Position numbers and translations under genes: made by a program. DNA of 64,000 bases from Thermoanaerobaculia bacterium (GTDB lineage Bacteria > Acidobacteriota > Thermoanaerobaculia > Multivoradales > JAGPDF01), in contig JAXLQW010000001.1 in NCBI GenBank assembly GCA_046331385.1, positions 3,580,366 to 3,644,365 of the forward strand, written 5' to 3'. Positions 10,554-20,369 of this stretch are shown piece by piece (position 1 is the stretch's first letter; every line of letters begins with the position of its first letter). The notes beneath the pieces were generated by a model. The model searched no databases and was not told the origin of the DNA. It saw only the letters and a list, made by a program, of their open reading frames with translations.

Positions 10554-12947
10554 TCAGTCCTCCCGCAGGGCGCGCGCCGGGTCGAGGCGCGCGGCCGAGA
10601 CCGCCGGCACGAGGCAGGCGAGCCAGGTCACGAGCGTGAGCGTCACGACGCCCGCGGCGAGGGCGAGCGGATCGGTCGGCGCGGTCTCGAAGAGCAGCGA
10701 GGTCAGCAGGCGGCTCGCGGCGAGCGCGCCGAGGAGCCCGAGCGCCAGGCCGGCCGCGAGCAGGCGGCTGCCCGAGCCGAGCACCAGCCGGACGAGGCCG
10801 AGGCCGGTGCCGCCGAGCGCCAGGCGGACGCCGAACTCGCGGCGGCGACGCGCCACGGTGCGCGCGACGAGGGCGTAGAGCCCGATCGCCGCGAGCGCCA
10901 ACGCCAGGCCGGCGAGGCTGGCGAGCAGGGCGGCGGTGAAACGCGGCTGGCCGAGGGAGCGCGCCACCACGTCGCGCATCGAGCGCACCTCGGCGAGCGG
11001 CAGCTCGGGATCGAGTCCGGCGATCGCCCGCCGCGCCGCGGTGGCGACGCTTCCGGGCGGCAGCGAGGTGCGCGCGATCAGGGTCATGAAGTTGAGCGGT
11101 TGCTGCGCGCTCGCGAAGTAGATCGCCGGCCGCGGCGTCTCCTCGAGCGCCGAGAGGTGGACGTCGCCGACGACGCCGACGATCTCGGCCTCGACGCCTT
11201 CGTCGCCCCCCCAACGGATTCGCAAGCGGCGGCCGACCGCGTCGGCGGAGGGCCAGAGGAGGCGCGCGGTGGACCGGTTGACCAGGATCGCGAGCGGCCG
11301 GTCGGCGGCGTCGCGCGCGTCGAGGGCGCGGCCGGCGACGAGCGGCACGCCGAGGGTGGCGAGCGCGCCGGGGCTCACGATGCGGATGTCGGCGACCGGC
11401 TCCTCGCCCTTCTTCGGCGCCTCGCGATCGAGGGCGACGAAGGAGGTCGCCGAACCCATGCCGGAGAGCGGCGCCCAGCTGATCGCGCCGGCCGCCTCGA
11501 CGCCGGGCAGCGCCGCGATCCGGCGCTCGGCCTCGGCGAAGAGCGCCACCACCTTGGCTTCGTCCTGGTAAGCCGGATTGCGGCCCGGCAACGTGAGGTC
11601 CATCGCCACCAGACGCGAGGCGCGGAACCCCGGATCGACGCCGGCGAGCCGGACGAGGCTGCGGGTGAGCAGCGCGGCCGAGGAGAGCAGCACGAGCGAC
11701 AAGGCGATCTCGGCGACGACCAGCACGCGGGCGAGGCGGGCGCGCGGCGCGACCACACTGGCCGAGCGCAGGCTCTCGGCGTCGCGGCCGCTGGCGAGAA
11801 CCGGCACCAGGGCGGTGAGCGCGGCGGCGGCGAGGGCGGCGCCGACCGCGAAGGCGAGCGCCCCGGCGTCCAGGCCGACCGCGACCCACGGCGGCAGCTC
11901 GAGCGGCGCCCAGGCGACGAGCAGGGCGACGCCGCCGCGCGCCAGCACGATTCCGGCGGCGGCGCCCGCGCCGGCGATCACCAGGCTCTCGGCGAAGAAC
12001 TGGCGCGCGAGCTGCCAGCGCGAGGCGCCGAGGGCGCGGCGCACCGCGATCTCGCGCTCGCGCTCGGCGAGCCGCGCGAGCAGCAGGCCGGCGACGTTGG
12101 CGCAACCGATGAGGAGCACGACGCCGACCGCCGCCGCGAGCGCCGCGAGCGGCGAGCGCAGCTGGGCGATGAGGGGACCGGAATAGGGTTCGACCACCGC
12201 GCTCCAGCCGGCGTCGACATCGGGACGCTCGCGCTCGAGGGCGGCGGCGATGCCGACGAGCTCGGCATCGGCCGATTCGAGGGTCGCGCCGGGAGCGAGG
12301 CGGGCGAGGCCGGTCAGGTAGCGGCCGCCCGAGTCGCGGTGGCGCTCGCCGAGCGCGAGCGGAATCCAGAGGTCGGCGGCCTCCGGCGCTGGGAAAGCCT
12401 CGGGAGCGACGCCGACGATCATCGTCGGCGTGCCGTTGACCCGCAGCATCCGGCCGACGAGCCCGCCGTCCGAGCCCCAGCGGCGGAAGAGCTCGTGCGA
12501 CAGGACGCAGACGTCGGGGGCGGTCTCGAGGGCGTCGGCGGGCGCGAGGAGCCGTCCGACCGCGGCCCGAGCCCGGAAGAGAGGGAAGAAGTCGCCGGTC
12601 ACGATCCCCGAGCGCAGCCGCTCGGGCTCGCCGATGCCGGAGACGTTGGTCGGGAAGACGATGAATCCGGCGATCTGCGTCAGCGTCCTGGCGCGCTCGC
12701 GCCAGCGGATCAGGTTGCCCGGATTGATGACGTTGCGCTCGACGCCGCGCTTGGGATTCGTCTCGGAGACCCGCACCAGCCGATCCGCCTCGGCGATCGG
12801 CGCCGGGCGGACGAGGACGGCCTCGAGCACCGAGAAGATCGCGGTGTTGGCGCCGATGGCGAGCGCCAGCGTGGCGACCGCGGCGACCGCGGCGAGCGGC
12901 CGGCGGCTCCAGCCGTGGACGGCCTGGCGGAGCTCCTGGACGAACAT
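10554..12947 (-). CDS. ADOP-type ABC permease, paralog E.
   Basis: The 797-aa ORF starts MFVQELRQAVHGWSRRPLAAVAAVATLALAIGANTAIFSVLEAVLVRPAPIAEADRLV and ends in ARALRED. Confidence 0.85.
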   Translation of the reverse strand: MFVQELRQAVHGWSRRPLAAVAAVATLALAIGANTAIFSVLEAVLVRPAPIAEADRLVRVSETNPKRGVERNVINPGNLIRWRERARTLTQIAGFIVFPTNVSGIGEPERLRSGIVTGDFFPLFRARAAVGRLLAPADALETAPDVCVLSHELFRRWGSDGGLVGRMLRVNGTPTMIVGVAPEAFPAPEAADLWIPLALGERHRDSGGRYLTGLARLAPGATLESADAELVGIAAALERERPDVDAGWSAVVEPYSGPLIAQLRSPLAALAAAVGVVLLIGCANVAGLLLARLAEREREIAVRRALGASRWQLARQFFAESLVIAGAGAAAGIVLARGGVALLVAWAPLELPPWVAVGLDAGALAFAVGAALAAAALTALVPVLASGRDAESLRSASVVAPRARLARVLVVAEIALSLVLLSSAALLTRSLVRLAGVDPGFRASRLVAMDLTLPGRNPAYQDEAKVVALFAEAERRIAALPGVEAAGAISWAPLSGMGSATSFVALDREAPKKGEEPVADIRIVSPGALATLGVPLVAGRALDARDAADRPLAILVNRSTARLLWPSADAVGRRLRIRWGGDEGVEAEIVGVVGDVHLSALEETPRPAIYFASAQQPLNFMTLIARTSLPPGSVATAARRAIAGLDPELPLAEVRSMRDVVARSLGQPRFTAALLASLAGLALALAAIGLYALVARTVARRRREFGVRLALGGTGLGLVRLVLGSGSRLLAAGLALGLLGALAASRLLTSLLFETAPTDPLALAAGVVTLTLVTWLACLVPAVSAARLDPARALRED

Positions 12948-12950
12948 GGG

Positions 12951-15371
12951 TCAGCCCTCCTGGCGCAGAGCGGTGGCGGGGTCGATCCGCACCGCGCGCC
13001 GGGTCGGCGCGAGCGCGGCGGCGAGCGCGGCGACGAGCAGCACCGCCGGCACGGCGAGGAAGACCGCCGGGTCGAAGGCGCGCACGCCGTAGAAGAAGCT
13101 CGCCACCGGCCGCGCGAGCGCGGCGGCGATCCCCGCGCCGAGCGCGAGCCCCCAGGCGAGGTCGGCGAGACCGCGCCCGACCACCAGGCGGACGATGGCG
13201 CCGTCGGCCGCGCCGAGCGCGCGGCGCAGGCCGATCTCTCCCGCGCGCCGCAGCACGCCGTGGGCGGCGAGCCCGTAGACGCCGGCCGCCGCGAGCACCA
13301 GGCCGGCGAGAGCGAAGAAGCCGAAGAGCGAGGCGAGGAACTGGGCGCCGAAGCGGCCGGTCGAGACCCACTCGGCGACCGTCCGCAGGTAGTAGACCGG
13401 CATGTCGGGATCGAGCTCGGTGATCGCCTTGCGCAGCGCCGGCGCGAGCGCCGCCGCTTGACCGGGCGCGGCGCGCAGGGCGAGGAAGGCGAAGCTCGGC
13501 ACGTCCTGCGCGAGCGGCACGTAGAACGTCGGCTGGAGCTCGTTGTCGACCCGGTCCTGCTGCAGGTCGGGCGCCACGCCGACGATCGTCCACCAGGGCT
13601 CGGAGCCGTCCTGGGAGGCGAAGCGGATCCGCCGTCCGATCGGTTCGCCGGCGGGCAGCAGGGCGTCGACCAGCCGCCGGTTGACCACCGCGACGCGCCG
13701 GTCACCGGCGCCGTCGGTCGCCGCCAAGTTGCGCCCGGCGAGCAGCCGTACGCCGACGGTGTCGAAGTAGGAGGGCGTGACGCGCGCGATCTGCGCCAAG
13801 TGCCGGTCTTCGGGACGGGCGGTCTGGCCCTCGACCTCGATCCAGTCGCCGCCGACGAAGCTGCCGGGCAGACTGGAGGTGATCGTGGCGGACTCGACCC
13901 CGGGCAGCGCGCGCAGTCGCTCCTCGGCGCGGGCGTAGAAGGCGAGGCGCGCCGCGTCGTCCGGGTAGGCTTGCTCGAACAGCGCCACGCGCCCGCCGAG
14001 GACGCGGTCGCCGTCGACCCCGACCGAGGCCTCGCGCAGCAGCTGCACGCCGCGCGCCGCCAGCCCGGCCGCGGTCACCAGGCCGCAGCACAGGGCGATC
14101 TGCGCCACGACCAGCATCCGCCCGGCGCGCGCCCGGCCGGAGGAGGCGCCGCGCGCCGCCTGGCGCAGCTCGCGCTGGACGTCGAAACGCGTGCTGGCGA
14201 ACGCCGGCCCGAGCCCGGCGAGCAGAGCCGAGACGGCGACGACGCCGAGAGTGAAGGCGATCGAGCGGCCGTCGAGCGCGAAGTGGACCCAGGTCGGGAT
14301 GTCCATCGTCTCGCTCGCCCGCGCCAGGTCGAGCGTGCGCTCGCCGGCCCACTGCGCGAGCGCCAGGCCGGCGACGCTGGCGGTCGCGGCGATCACCACC
14401 GCCTCGACCATGCCGTGCAGCACGAGCCGTGCGCGCGAGGCGCCGAGCGCGGCGCGTACCGCGAGCGCCGGCCGCCGGGCGAGGCCGCGCGCCAACAGGA
14501 GATTGGCGACGTCGGCGCAGGCGATCAGCAGCACGAGCACGACCGCGGCGAACATGGTCGAGAGCTGGCTCGAGGTGCGGCGACCGACGAACTCCTGGGC
14601 GAACGGCTTGACCACCGAGCGCAGGCCCCGCGGATAGGCCGGGTCGGCGGCGCTCTGGCGGGCGAGCGCCGCGTCGAGCTCGGCGGCGGCGGCGGCGATC
14701 GACCGGCCGGGCGCGAGGTGGCCGAGCACCTCGACGGTCGCCGACTTGTCGCGCGCCAGGCCAGCCGCCTCGGCCGGGATGGTCACCCAGGCCTCCTGCT
14801 CGTACGGGAAGGTGAAGCCGGCCGGCATCACACCGACGATCGTCGCCGGCGCGCCGTTGACCCGCACGGCGCGGCCGAGCACCGCCGGGTCGGCCGCGTA
14901 GCGCCGCCGCCAGAGCCAGTCGGAGAGCACCAGCGCGGTCGGCGCGCCGGGCGCGACGTCGCCGGCGGCGAAGCCGCGGCCGAGCGCCGGCCGGACGCCG
15001 AGGATGGCGAAGACCTCGGGCGTGACGAAGGTGCCGTCGAGGCGCTCGGGTTCGTCGCGGTCGGCGAGATTGACGGTGCCCTCGTAGAAGGCGCCGAAGT
15101 CCTCGAAGCTCGCGAGCGTCTTCTTCCAGTCGACGAAGTCGACGTACGGCACCTCGAGGCTCGAGCGGTCGCGCGCCGGATCGGAGAGTTCGACGTGCAG
15201 CAGGCGGCCGGCGTCGCGATACGGCAGCGGCCGGAGCAGGAAGGCGTCGATCGCCCCGAACATGAAGAGCGTCAGGCCGATGCCGACGGTCAGGATCGCC
15301 GCCGCGAGGATGGTGAAGCTGCGCCCCCGGCGCAGGGCGCGCAACGCTTGCAGGACTTCGTCGAGGATCAT
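12951..15371 (-). CDS. ADOP-type ABC permease, paralog D.
   Basis: The 806-aa ORF starts MILDEVLQALRALRRGRSFTILAAAILTVGIGLTLFMFGAIDAFLLRPLPYRDAGRLL and ends in ATALRQEG. Confidence 0.85.
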   Translation of the reverse strand: MILDEVLQALRALRRGRSFTILAAAILTVGIGLTLFMFGAIDAFLLRPLPYRDAGRLLHVELSDPARDRSSLEVPYVDFVDWKKTLASFEDFGAFYEGTVNLADRDEPERLDGTFVTPEVFAILGVRPALGRGFAAGDVAPGAPTALVLSDWLWRRRYAADPAVLGRAVRVNGAPATIVGVMPAGFTFPYEQEAWVTIPAEAAGLARDKSATVEVLGHLAPGRSIAAAAAELDAALARQSAADPAYPRGLRSVVKPFAQEFVGRRTSSQLSTMFAAVVLVLLIACADVANLLLARGLARRPALAVRAALGASRARLVLHGMVEAVVIAATASVAGLALAQWAGERTLDLARASETMDIPTWVHFALDGRSIAFTLGVVAVSALLAGLGPAFASTRFDVQRELRQAARGASSGRARAGRMLVVAQIALCCGLVTAAGLAARGVQLLREASVGVDGDRVLGGRVALFEQAYPDDAARLAFYARAEERLRALPGVESATITSSLPGSFVGGDWIEVEGQTARPEDRHLAQIARVTPSYFDTVGVRLLAGRNLAATDGAGDRRVAVVNRRLVDALLPAGEPIGRRIRFASQDGSEPWWTIVGVAPDLQQDRVDNELQPTFYVPLAQDVPSFAFLALRAAPGQAAALAPALRKAITELDPDMPVYYLRTVAEWVSTGRFGAQFLASLFGFFALAGLVLAAAGVYGLAAHGVLRRAGEIGLRRALGAADGAIVRLVVGRGLADLAWGLALGAGIAAALARPVASFFYGVRAFDPAVFLAVPAVLLVAALAAALAPTRRAVRIDPATALRQEG

Positions 15372-15394
15372 CGGTCTCTCCTGGCGCGTCGAAT

Positions 15395-17887
15395 TCAGTC
15401 TTCGCGCAGCGCGCGCGAGGGATCGATGCGCGCCGCCCGGTCGGCGGGTAACGCGGCGGCCGCCACGAGGAAGAAGGCGAGCACCACGGCGGCGCCGGCG
15501 AGCGACGAGACGTCGAGCGCCGCCACCTGGTAGAGCCGCGCCGCGGCGAGACGGCCGAGCGCCGCCGAGAGCAGCAGCCCGGCCGCCAGGCCGAGGGCTC
15601 CCAGCCGCCAGACCTCCGCGAGCACCAGGGTGACGATGCGCAGGGGGTCGGCGCCGACCGCCATGCGGATGCCGAATTCGCGCCGGCGCCGGGCGATGTT
15701 GAAGGCGAGCAGGCCCCAGAGTCCGAGCGCCGCGAGCAGCGTGGCGGCGCCGGCGAAAGCGCTCGCCAGCCCAGCGGCGATGCGCTCGACCGAGAGCGTC
15801 GCATCGAGCTGGCGCGCCAGGGGCTCGAGGTCGAGCACCGGCAGCTCGGGCGCGACGCGTTGCGCGGCCTGGCGCAGGCCCGGGGCGATGGCGACCGGAT
15901 TCGCGGAACGGGCGTAGAAGTTGACCCCGCCGCCGCCGTAGGCCTGCGCGAAGGGCCGATAGACGAAGCGCGGCAGGTCGTCGCGTACCGTGGTCGCGAG
16001 AGCGTCGGCGACCACCCCGACGATCTCGGCCGTGGTGTCGTCACGATTGAAGGTGATGTGACGGCCGATCGCGTCGCCCTGCGGGAAGTACTTGTCGGCG
16101 AAGTTGCGCGTCACCACGACGACCTTGGGCGCGTCGGCGCCGTCGGCGGGGGTGAAGTCGCGTCCGCCGACCAGGCGCATGCCGACGGTCGAGAAGAAGC
16201 CCGGGGTCACGGCGTTGAAGCTCGGGTTCATGTTCTCGTCCTCGGCCGGCTTGTAGCCCTCGGCCTTGATCGTCGAGCTCATGGTGTCGCCCGAGAGCAG
16301 GCCGATCTCGGCGGCCCCGGCCGCTTCGACTCCGGGGGACGCGGCGACCGCCTCGAGCAGGTCGGTCGCGATGCGTCGCGCCCGGACCGGGTCGTAGCCG
16401 TTGGTCGACGGGTCGACGGCGAAAGTGGCGAGCGGCGCGACGTCGAAGCCGAGCGGTACCGAATAGAGGCGCTTCAGGCTGTGAGCAAAGAGCCCGGCGA
16501 CCGAGAGCAGCGCGAAGGAGAGCGCCAGCTGCAGCGCCACCGCGAGGCGGCGCGAGCTCAGGTGCCGGCGTCCGCCGGTCGAGCCGCGGCCGTCGCGCAG
16601 GCCGCTCTGCGGGTCGACGCCGAGCGACTCGAGCGCCGGCAGCACCGAAGTGGCGACGCCGCAGACGAGCGCGATTGCGGCGGCGAAGAGCAGAATCCGC
16701 CAGTCGAGCTCGCTGCTGAAGGCGTCGACCTGGTGCGGCGCGAGCCACCGCGCCGCCGGCCCGTTGGCGAGCGCGGCGAGTCCCGCGCCCGCCATGCCGC
16801 CCGCGACGCCGAGCACCACGCCCTCGGCCGCCAGCCGGCGCACGAGGTCCAGTCGGCCGGCGCCGAGCGCCAGGTGCACCGCGAGCTCCTTGTGGCGGGC
16901 GGCGGCGCGCGCCGCGAGCAGACCGCCGACGTTGGCGCAGGCGATCACCAGCACCAGGCCGAGCATCGCGAGCAGGAACTTCAAGTGGCGCGAGGTCTCG
17001 CCGCGCAGGTCCGAGCCTCCGGCGGCGCCGGGCTCGAGCACCAGGCGCTTCTTCAGGTAGCGCTCGCGGAAGGTCGCCGAGGTCGGCGTCGGCGCTTCGG
17101 CGAGATCCTGCTCCAGCATCTGGCGGTAGAAGGGCGCGATCGCCGCCATCGCCCGCGCGCGATCCATCCCCGGGGCGAGGCGGCCGACGAGGTAGAGCCA
17201 GTAGCCGCGTCGCTTTTCGAGCCCGCTCCACAGCGGCACGATCGTCTTCTTCATCCCGAGCGGCACCCAGAGCTCGGGAGCGAGCCCGACTTGGACGCCG
17301 TGGAAGCCGCGCGCCGCGACGCCGACGACGGTCATCGCCGTGCCGTTGATCCGCACGCTGCCGCCGACGGCGTCGGTCCGGCCGCCGAATCGCCGTTGCC
17401 AGGACTCCCACGACAGCACGACGACCGGCGAGGCGCCGTCCTGCCCGTCGTCGGCCGCCGCGAGCAGCCGCCCGGCCGCCGCGCGCACGCCGAGGACGTC
17501 GAAGTAGTTGCCCGAGACGATCTCGGCTCCGACCTCCTCGGCCGGGCCGGAGAGCGCCAGGTTGACCTCGACCGGCACGCGGGCGACGAGGCCCGAGAAG
17601 ACGTCGCTGCGCGTCGCGAGCTCGCGGTAGGTCGGCAGCGAGAGCGGCTCGGTGAACTCGGTCACCCGGTTGGTCGAGCCGCTCACCGGCCCCGGGCTGT
17701 GGAGGATGACGAGCTCCTCGGGGGCGCGCACCGGCAGCGGCCGCAGCAGGATCTGGTCGAAGAACGAGGCGAGCACGGTGGTCGCCGCGATCCCGAGGCC
17801 GAGGATGGCGACCGACACGGCGACCAGAGCGGGGCTGCGGGAGAGCGAGCGCAGGGCGAGGCGCAGGTCGTCGCGGACTCCGGTCAT
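15395..17887 (-). CDS. ADOP-type ABC permease, paralog C.
   Basis: The 830-aa ORF starts MTGVRDDLRLALRSLSRSPALVAVSVAILGLGIAATTVLASFFDQILLRPLPVRAPEELV and ends in SRALRED. Confidence 0.85.
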   Translation of the reverse strand: MTGVRDDLRLALRSLSRSPALVAVSVAILGLGIAATTVLASFFDQILLRPLPVRAPEELVILHSPGPVSGSTNRVTEFTEPLSLPTYRELATRSDVFSGLVARVPVEVNLALSGPAEEVGAEIVSGNYFDVLGVRAAAGRLLAAADDGQDGASPVVVLSWESWQRRFGGRTDAVGGSVRINGTAMTVVGVAARGFHGVQVGLAPELWVPLGMKKTIVPLWSGLEKRRGYWLYLVGRLAPGMDRARAMAAIAPFYRQMLEQDLAEAPTPTSATFRERYLKKRLVLEPGAAGGSDLRGETSRHLKFLLAMLGLVLVIACANVGGLLAARAAARHKELAVHLALGAGRLDLVRRLAAEGVVLGVAGGMAGAGLAALANGPAARWLAPHQVDAFSSELDWRILLFAAAIALVCGVATSVLPALESLGVDPQSGLRDGRGSTGGRRHLSSRRLAVALQLALSFALLSVAGLFAHSLKRLYSVPLGFDVAPLATFAVDPSTNGYDPVRARRIATDLLEAVAASPGVEAAGAAEIGLLSGDTMSSTIKAEGYKPAEDENMNPSFNAVTPGFFSTVGMRLVGGRDFTPADGADAPKVVVVTRNFADKYFPQGDAIGRHITFNRDDTTAEIVGVVADALATTVRDDLPRFVYRPFAQAYGGGGVNFYARSANPVAIAPGLRQAAQRVAPELPVLDLEPLARQLDATLSVERIAAGLASAFAGAATLLAALGLWGLLAFNIARRRREFGIRMAVGADPLRIVTLVLAEVWRLGALGLAAGLLLSAALGRLAAARLYQVAALDVSSLAGAAVVLAFFLVAAAALPADRAARIDPSRALRED

Positions 17888-17915
17888 CGCGGCTCTCCTC
17901 TCGGAATCGTCGGGC

Positions 17916-20354
17916 TCACTCGGACCTCAGGGCCGCGGCGGGCTCGATCGCCAGCGCGCGGCGCGCCGGGACGGCGACCGCGAGCGCCGCGACCGCGAAG
18001 AGCAGGGCGGGCACGCCGGCGAAGGTGAGCAGGTCGCCGGGCGACAGGCCGTAGAGCAGGCTGGCGAGCATCCGCGAGAGGCCGAACGCGATCGCCAGCC
18101 CGACCGCCGCGCCGATCGCGACCGGGCGCGCGGCGTCGCCGAAGACCAGCCGCAGCAGGTTGCGCCGTCCGGCGCCGAGCGCCACCCGCACCGCGAGCTC
18201 GCGGCGGCGCGCGGCGACCGCGTAGGCGACCACGCCGTAGAGGCCGACCGCGGCGAGGAACATGCCGAGCGCGCCGAGCGAACCGGCGACCGAGGCGGCC
18301 AGGCGCTGCGGCAGGGTCGAGGTCGCGGCGATCTCGACCAGCGGCAGCGGCAGTCCGGCGGGCAGATCGGGGTCGATGCCGCGGAACAGCTCGCCGACCG
18401 TCGCGGCGAGCGCGGCCGTCGAGCCGCTCGTGCGCACGAGAAGGGACATTTCGTGCAGGTCGATCTGCGAGGCGGCGACCCAGTAGAAGAGCCGCGGCTG
18501 CTCGCCGAGCGAGCGCGCCTTGATGTCGCGCGCCACGCCGACCACCCGGTACGGATTGCGTGTCGCTCCGTCGAGCAGGTAGAAGGTGCGGCCGACCGCG
18601 CCGCCGGGGAAGAACCGGTCGGCGAAGGTGCGGTTGACGATCGCCACCCGGGGCGACTCCTGGCGGTCACCGGGCTCGAAGTCGCGCCCCTCGAGCGGAA
18701 TGTCGAGCAGCGAGAAGAAACCGGGCGAGACGATGTTGGCGTCGGCCTCGAAGCCGTTCTCGCCGGGGCTCTCGACGCCGTCGACTTCGATCCCGCCGAG
18801 CCCGAGCGAGTTCAGGTCGAGCGGCACCATGCGCGCCGCGGCGGCGCCGGTGACATCGGGCAGGGAGCGCGAGCGCTCGAGCAGCTCGTCGAGCTTCGCC
18901 TGGGCGGCGGCGCCGCGCAGCCCGGCGAGATCGAGGTTGAAGTCGAACGCCACGACGCCGGAGGTCCGGAAGCCGGGATCGATGTGTCGCGCGGTGTCGA
19001 GCGCGCGCAGCAGCAGGCCCGCGACCACGAGCAGCACGAGCGACAGTGCGACCTGCCCGCCGACCAGGAAGCGCCGCCAGCGCAGCGGCCGCCGTCCGAC
19101 GGTCGCCGTGCCGTCGCGCAGCGCCGCTTGCGGATCGCGCCGCGCCGCGCTGAGCGCCGGGACCAGGCCGAAGACGAGACCGGTCGCGAGCGCCAAGGCC
19201 AGGGCGAAGAGCGCCGCCCGCCAGTCGACCGGAAAGTCGAGCGCCACCGGGAAGGGCGTCGGCGGGCGGAAGGCGGCGATCAGGGCGACCCCCCAGCGCG
19301 CCAGCAGCAGCGCCGGCGCCGCCGCCAGCGCGAACAGCAGCAGAGTCTCGACCAGGAGCTGCGCGACGATCCGGCGCGTCGAGGCGCCGAGCGCCTGGCG
19401 CACCGCGAGCTCCCGCTGCCGGGCCTCGCCGCGGGCGAGCAGCATCGAGGCGACGTTCATGCAGGCGATCGCCAGCACCAGACCGACGAGGACGAAGAGC
19501 AGGGCCGAAAAGAGCCGCACGGCGGCGCGCCCCTCGCCGGGCACCGGCGCGGTGGGCAGCACGCGCGCGCCGCGGTGGGCATGGCTGGCGGGATAGGCCT
19601 GAGCGATGCGCGCGGCGATCGCGCCGAGCTCGGCCTGCGCCGAGGCGATCGAGGCGCCGGGAGCGAGCCGGCCGCCGATCAGCAGCCAGGCCGACGCGCG
19701 CGACTTGAGCTTGCGGGTCTGCCATTCGTCGTCCGACAACGCCGTCGACAGCGGCACGAAGACCTCGGGGCGTAGGCCGAAGATGAGGCCGGTGAAGTCG
19801 GCGGGCGCGACTCCCACCAGCGTGAACGGCCGGCTGTCGACGCGGATGACCGAGCCGATCGCCGCGCGATCGCCGGCGAGCTCGCGGACGAAGAAGTCGT
19901 GGCTGACGACCGCTACCGGGGCTCCGCCGGTCGGCAAGTCCTCCTCGGGGAGGAAGAACCGGCCGAGCTCGGGGTGGACGTCGAGGGCGGTGAAGTAGGT
20001 CGCCGAGACGCTGAAGCCGAGCACCCGTCGCGAGGTCTCGCCCACCCGCACGCTGAACGGGTTCATGTCGAAGCCGTAGACGTTTTCGAGGCTCTTCGCC
20101 TGGCGGTAGTCGAGCAGATCGAGGTAGCCGAAGGTGTCGGCGCCCTCGCCGTTCTCGGTGCGCACGACGTCGACGATCCGGTCCGGGCGCGAGATGCCCG
20201 ACATCGGCCGCAGCAGGAGCGCCTGGACGATCGAGAAGACGGCGGTCGCGCCGCCGATGCCGATCGCCAGCGACGCCACGGCGGCCAGGGTGAAGCCCGG
20301 GCTGGCTGCGAGGCGGCGCCGGGCGAGACCGAACGGCGACGAGGCTCGGGACAT
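17916..20354 (-). CDS. ADOP-type ABC permease, paralog B.
   Basis: The 812-aa ORF starts MSRASSPFGLARRRLAASPGFTLAAVASLAIGIGGATAVFSIVQALLLRPMSGISRPDRIV and ends in AAALRSE. Confidence 0.85.
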   Translation of the reverse strand: MSRASSPFGLARRRLAASPGFTLAAVASLAIGIGGATAVFSIVQALLLRPMSGISRPDRIVDVVRTENGEGADTFGYLDLLDYRQAKSLENVYGFDMNPFSVRVGETSRRVLGFSVSATYFTALDVHPELGRFFLPEEDLPTGGAPVAVVSHDFFVRELAGDRAAIGSVIRVDSRPFTLVGVAPADFTGLIFGLRPEVFVPLSTALSDDEWQTRKLKSRASAWLLIGGRLAPGASIASAQAELGAIAARIAQAYPASHAHRGARVLPTAPVPGEGRAAVRLFSALLFVLVGLVLAIACMNVASMLLARGEARQRELAVRQALGASTRRIVAQLLVETLLLFALAAAPALLLARWGVALIAAFRPPTPFPVALDFPVDWRAALFALALALATGLVFGLVPALSAARRDPQAALRDGTATVGRRPLRWRRFLVGGQVALSLVLLVVAGLLLRALDTARHIDPGFRTSGVVAFDFNLDLAGLRGAAAQAKLDELLERSRSLPDVTGAAAARMVPLDLNSLGLGGIEVDGVESPGENGFEADANIVSPGFFSLLDIPLEGRDFEPGDRQESPRVAIVNRTFADRFFPGGAVGRTFYLLDGATRNPYRVVGVARDIKARSLGEQPRLFYWVAASQIDLHEMSLLVRTSGSTAALAATVGELFRGIDPDLPAGLPLPLVEIAATSTLPQRLAASVAGSLGALGMFLAAVGLYGVVAYAVAARRRELAVRVALGAGRRNLLRLVFGDAARPVAIGAAVGLAIAFGLSRMLASLLYGLSPGDLLTFAGVPALLFAVAALAVAVPARRALAIEPAAALRSE

Positions 20355-20369
20355 GACGATTCCTCCGGG

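Noticed and set aside
8131-13593. 1820-aa minus-strand ORF, and similar giant ORFs at 5648..9913 (1421 aa), 36431..40933 (1500 aa), 44517..47897 and 33481..36423.
   Set aside because: These are high-GC open-frame artefacts. Each contains one or two real genes with recognisable N-termini (ADOP starts, MFS, sulfatase lipoprotein, polA). The extensions are Arg/Pro/Gly-rich nonsense.
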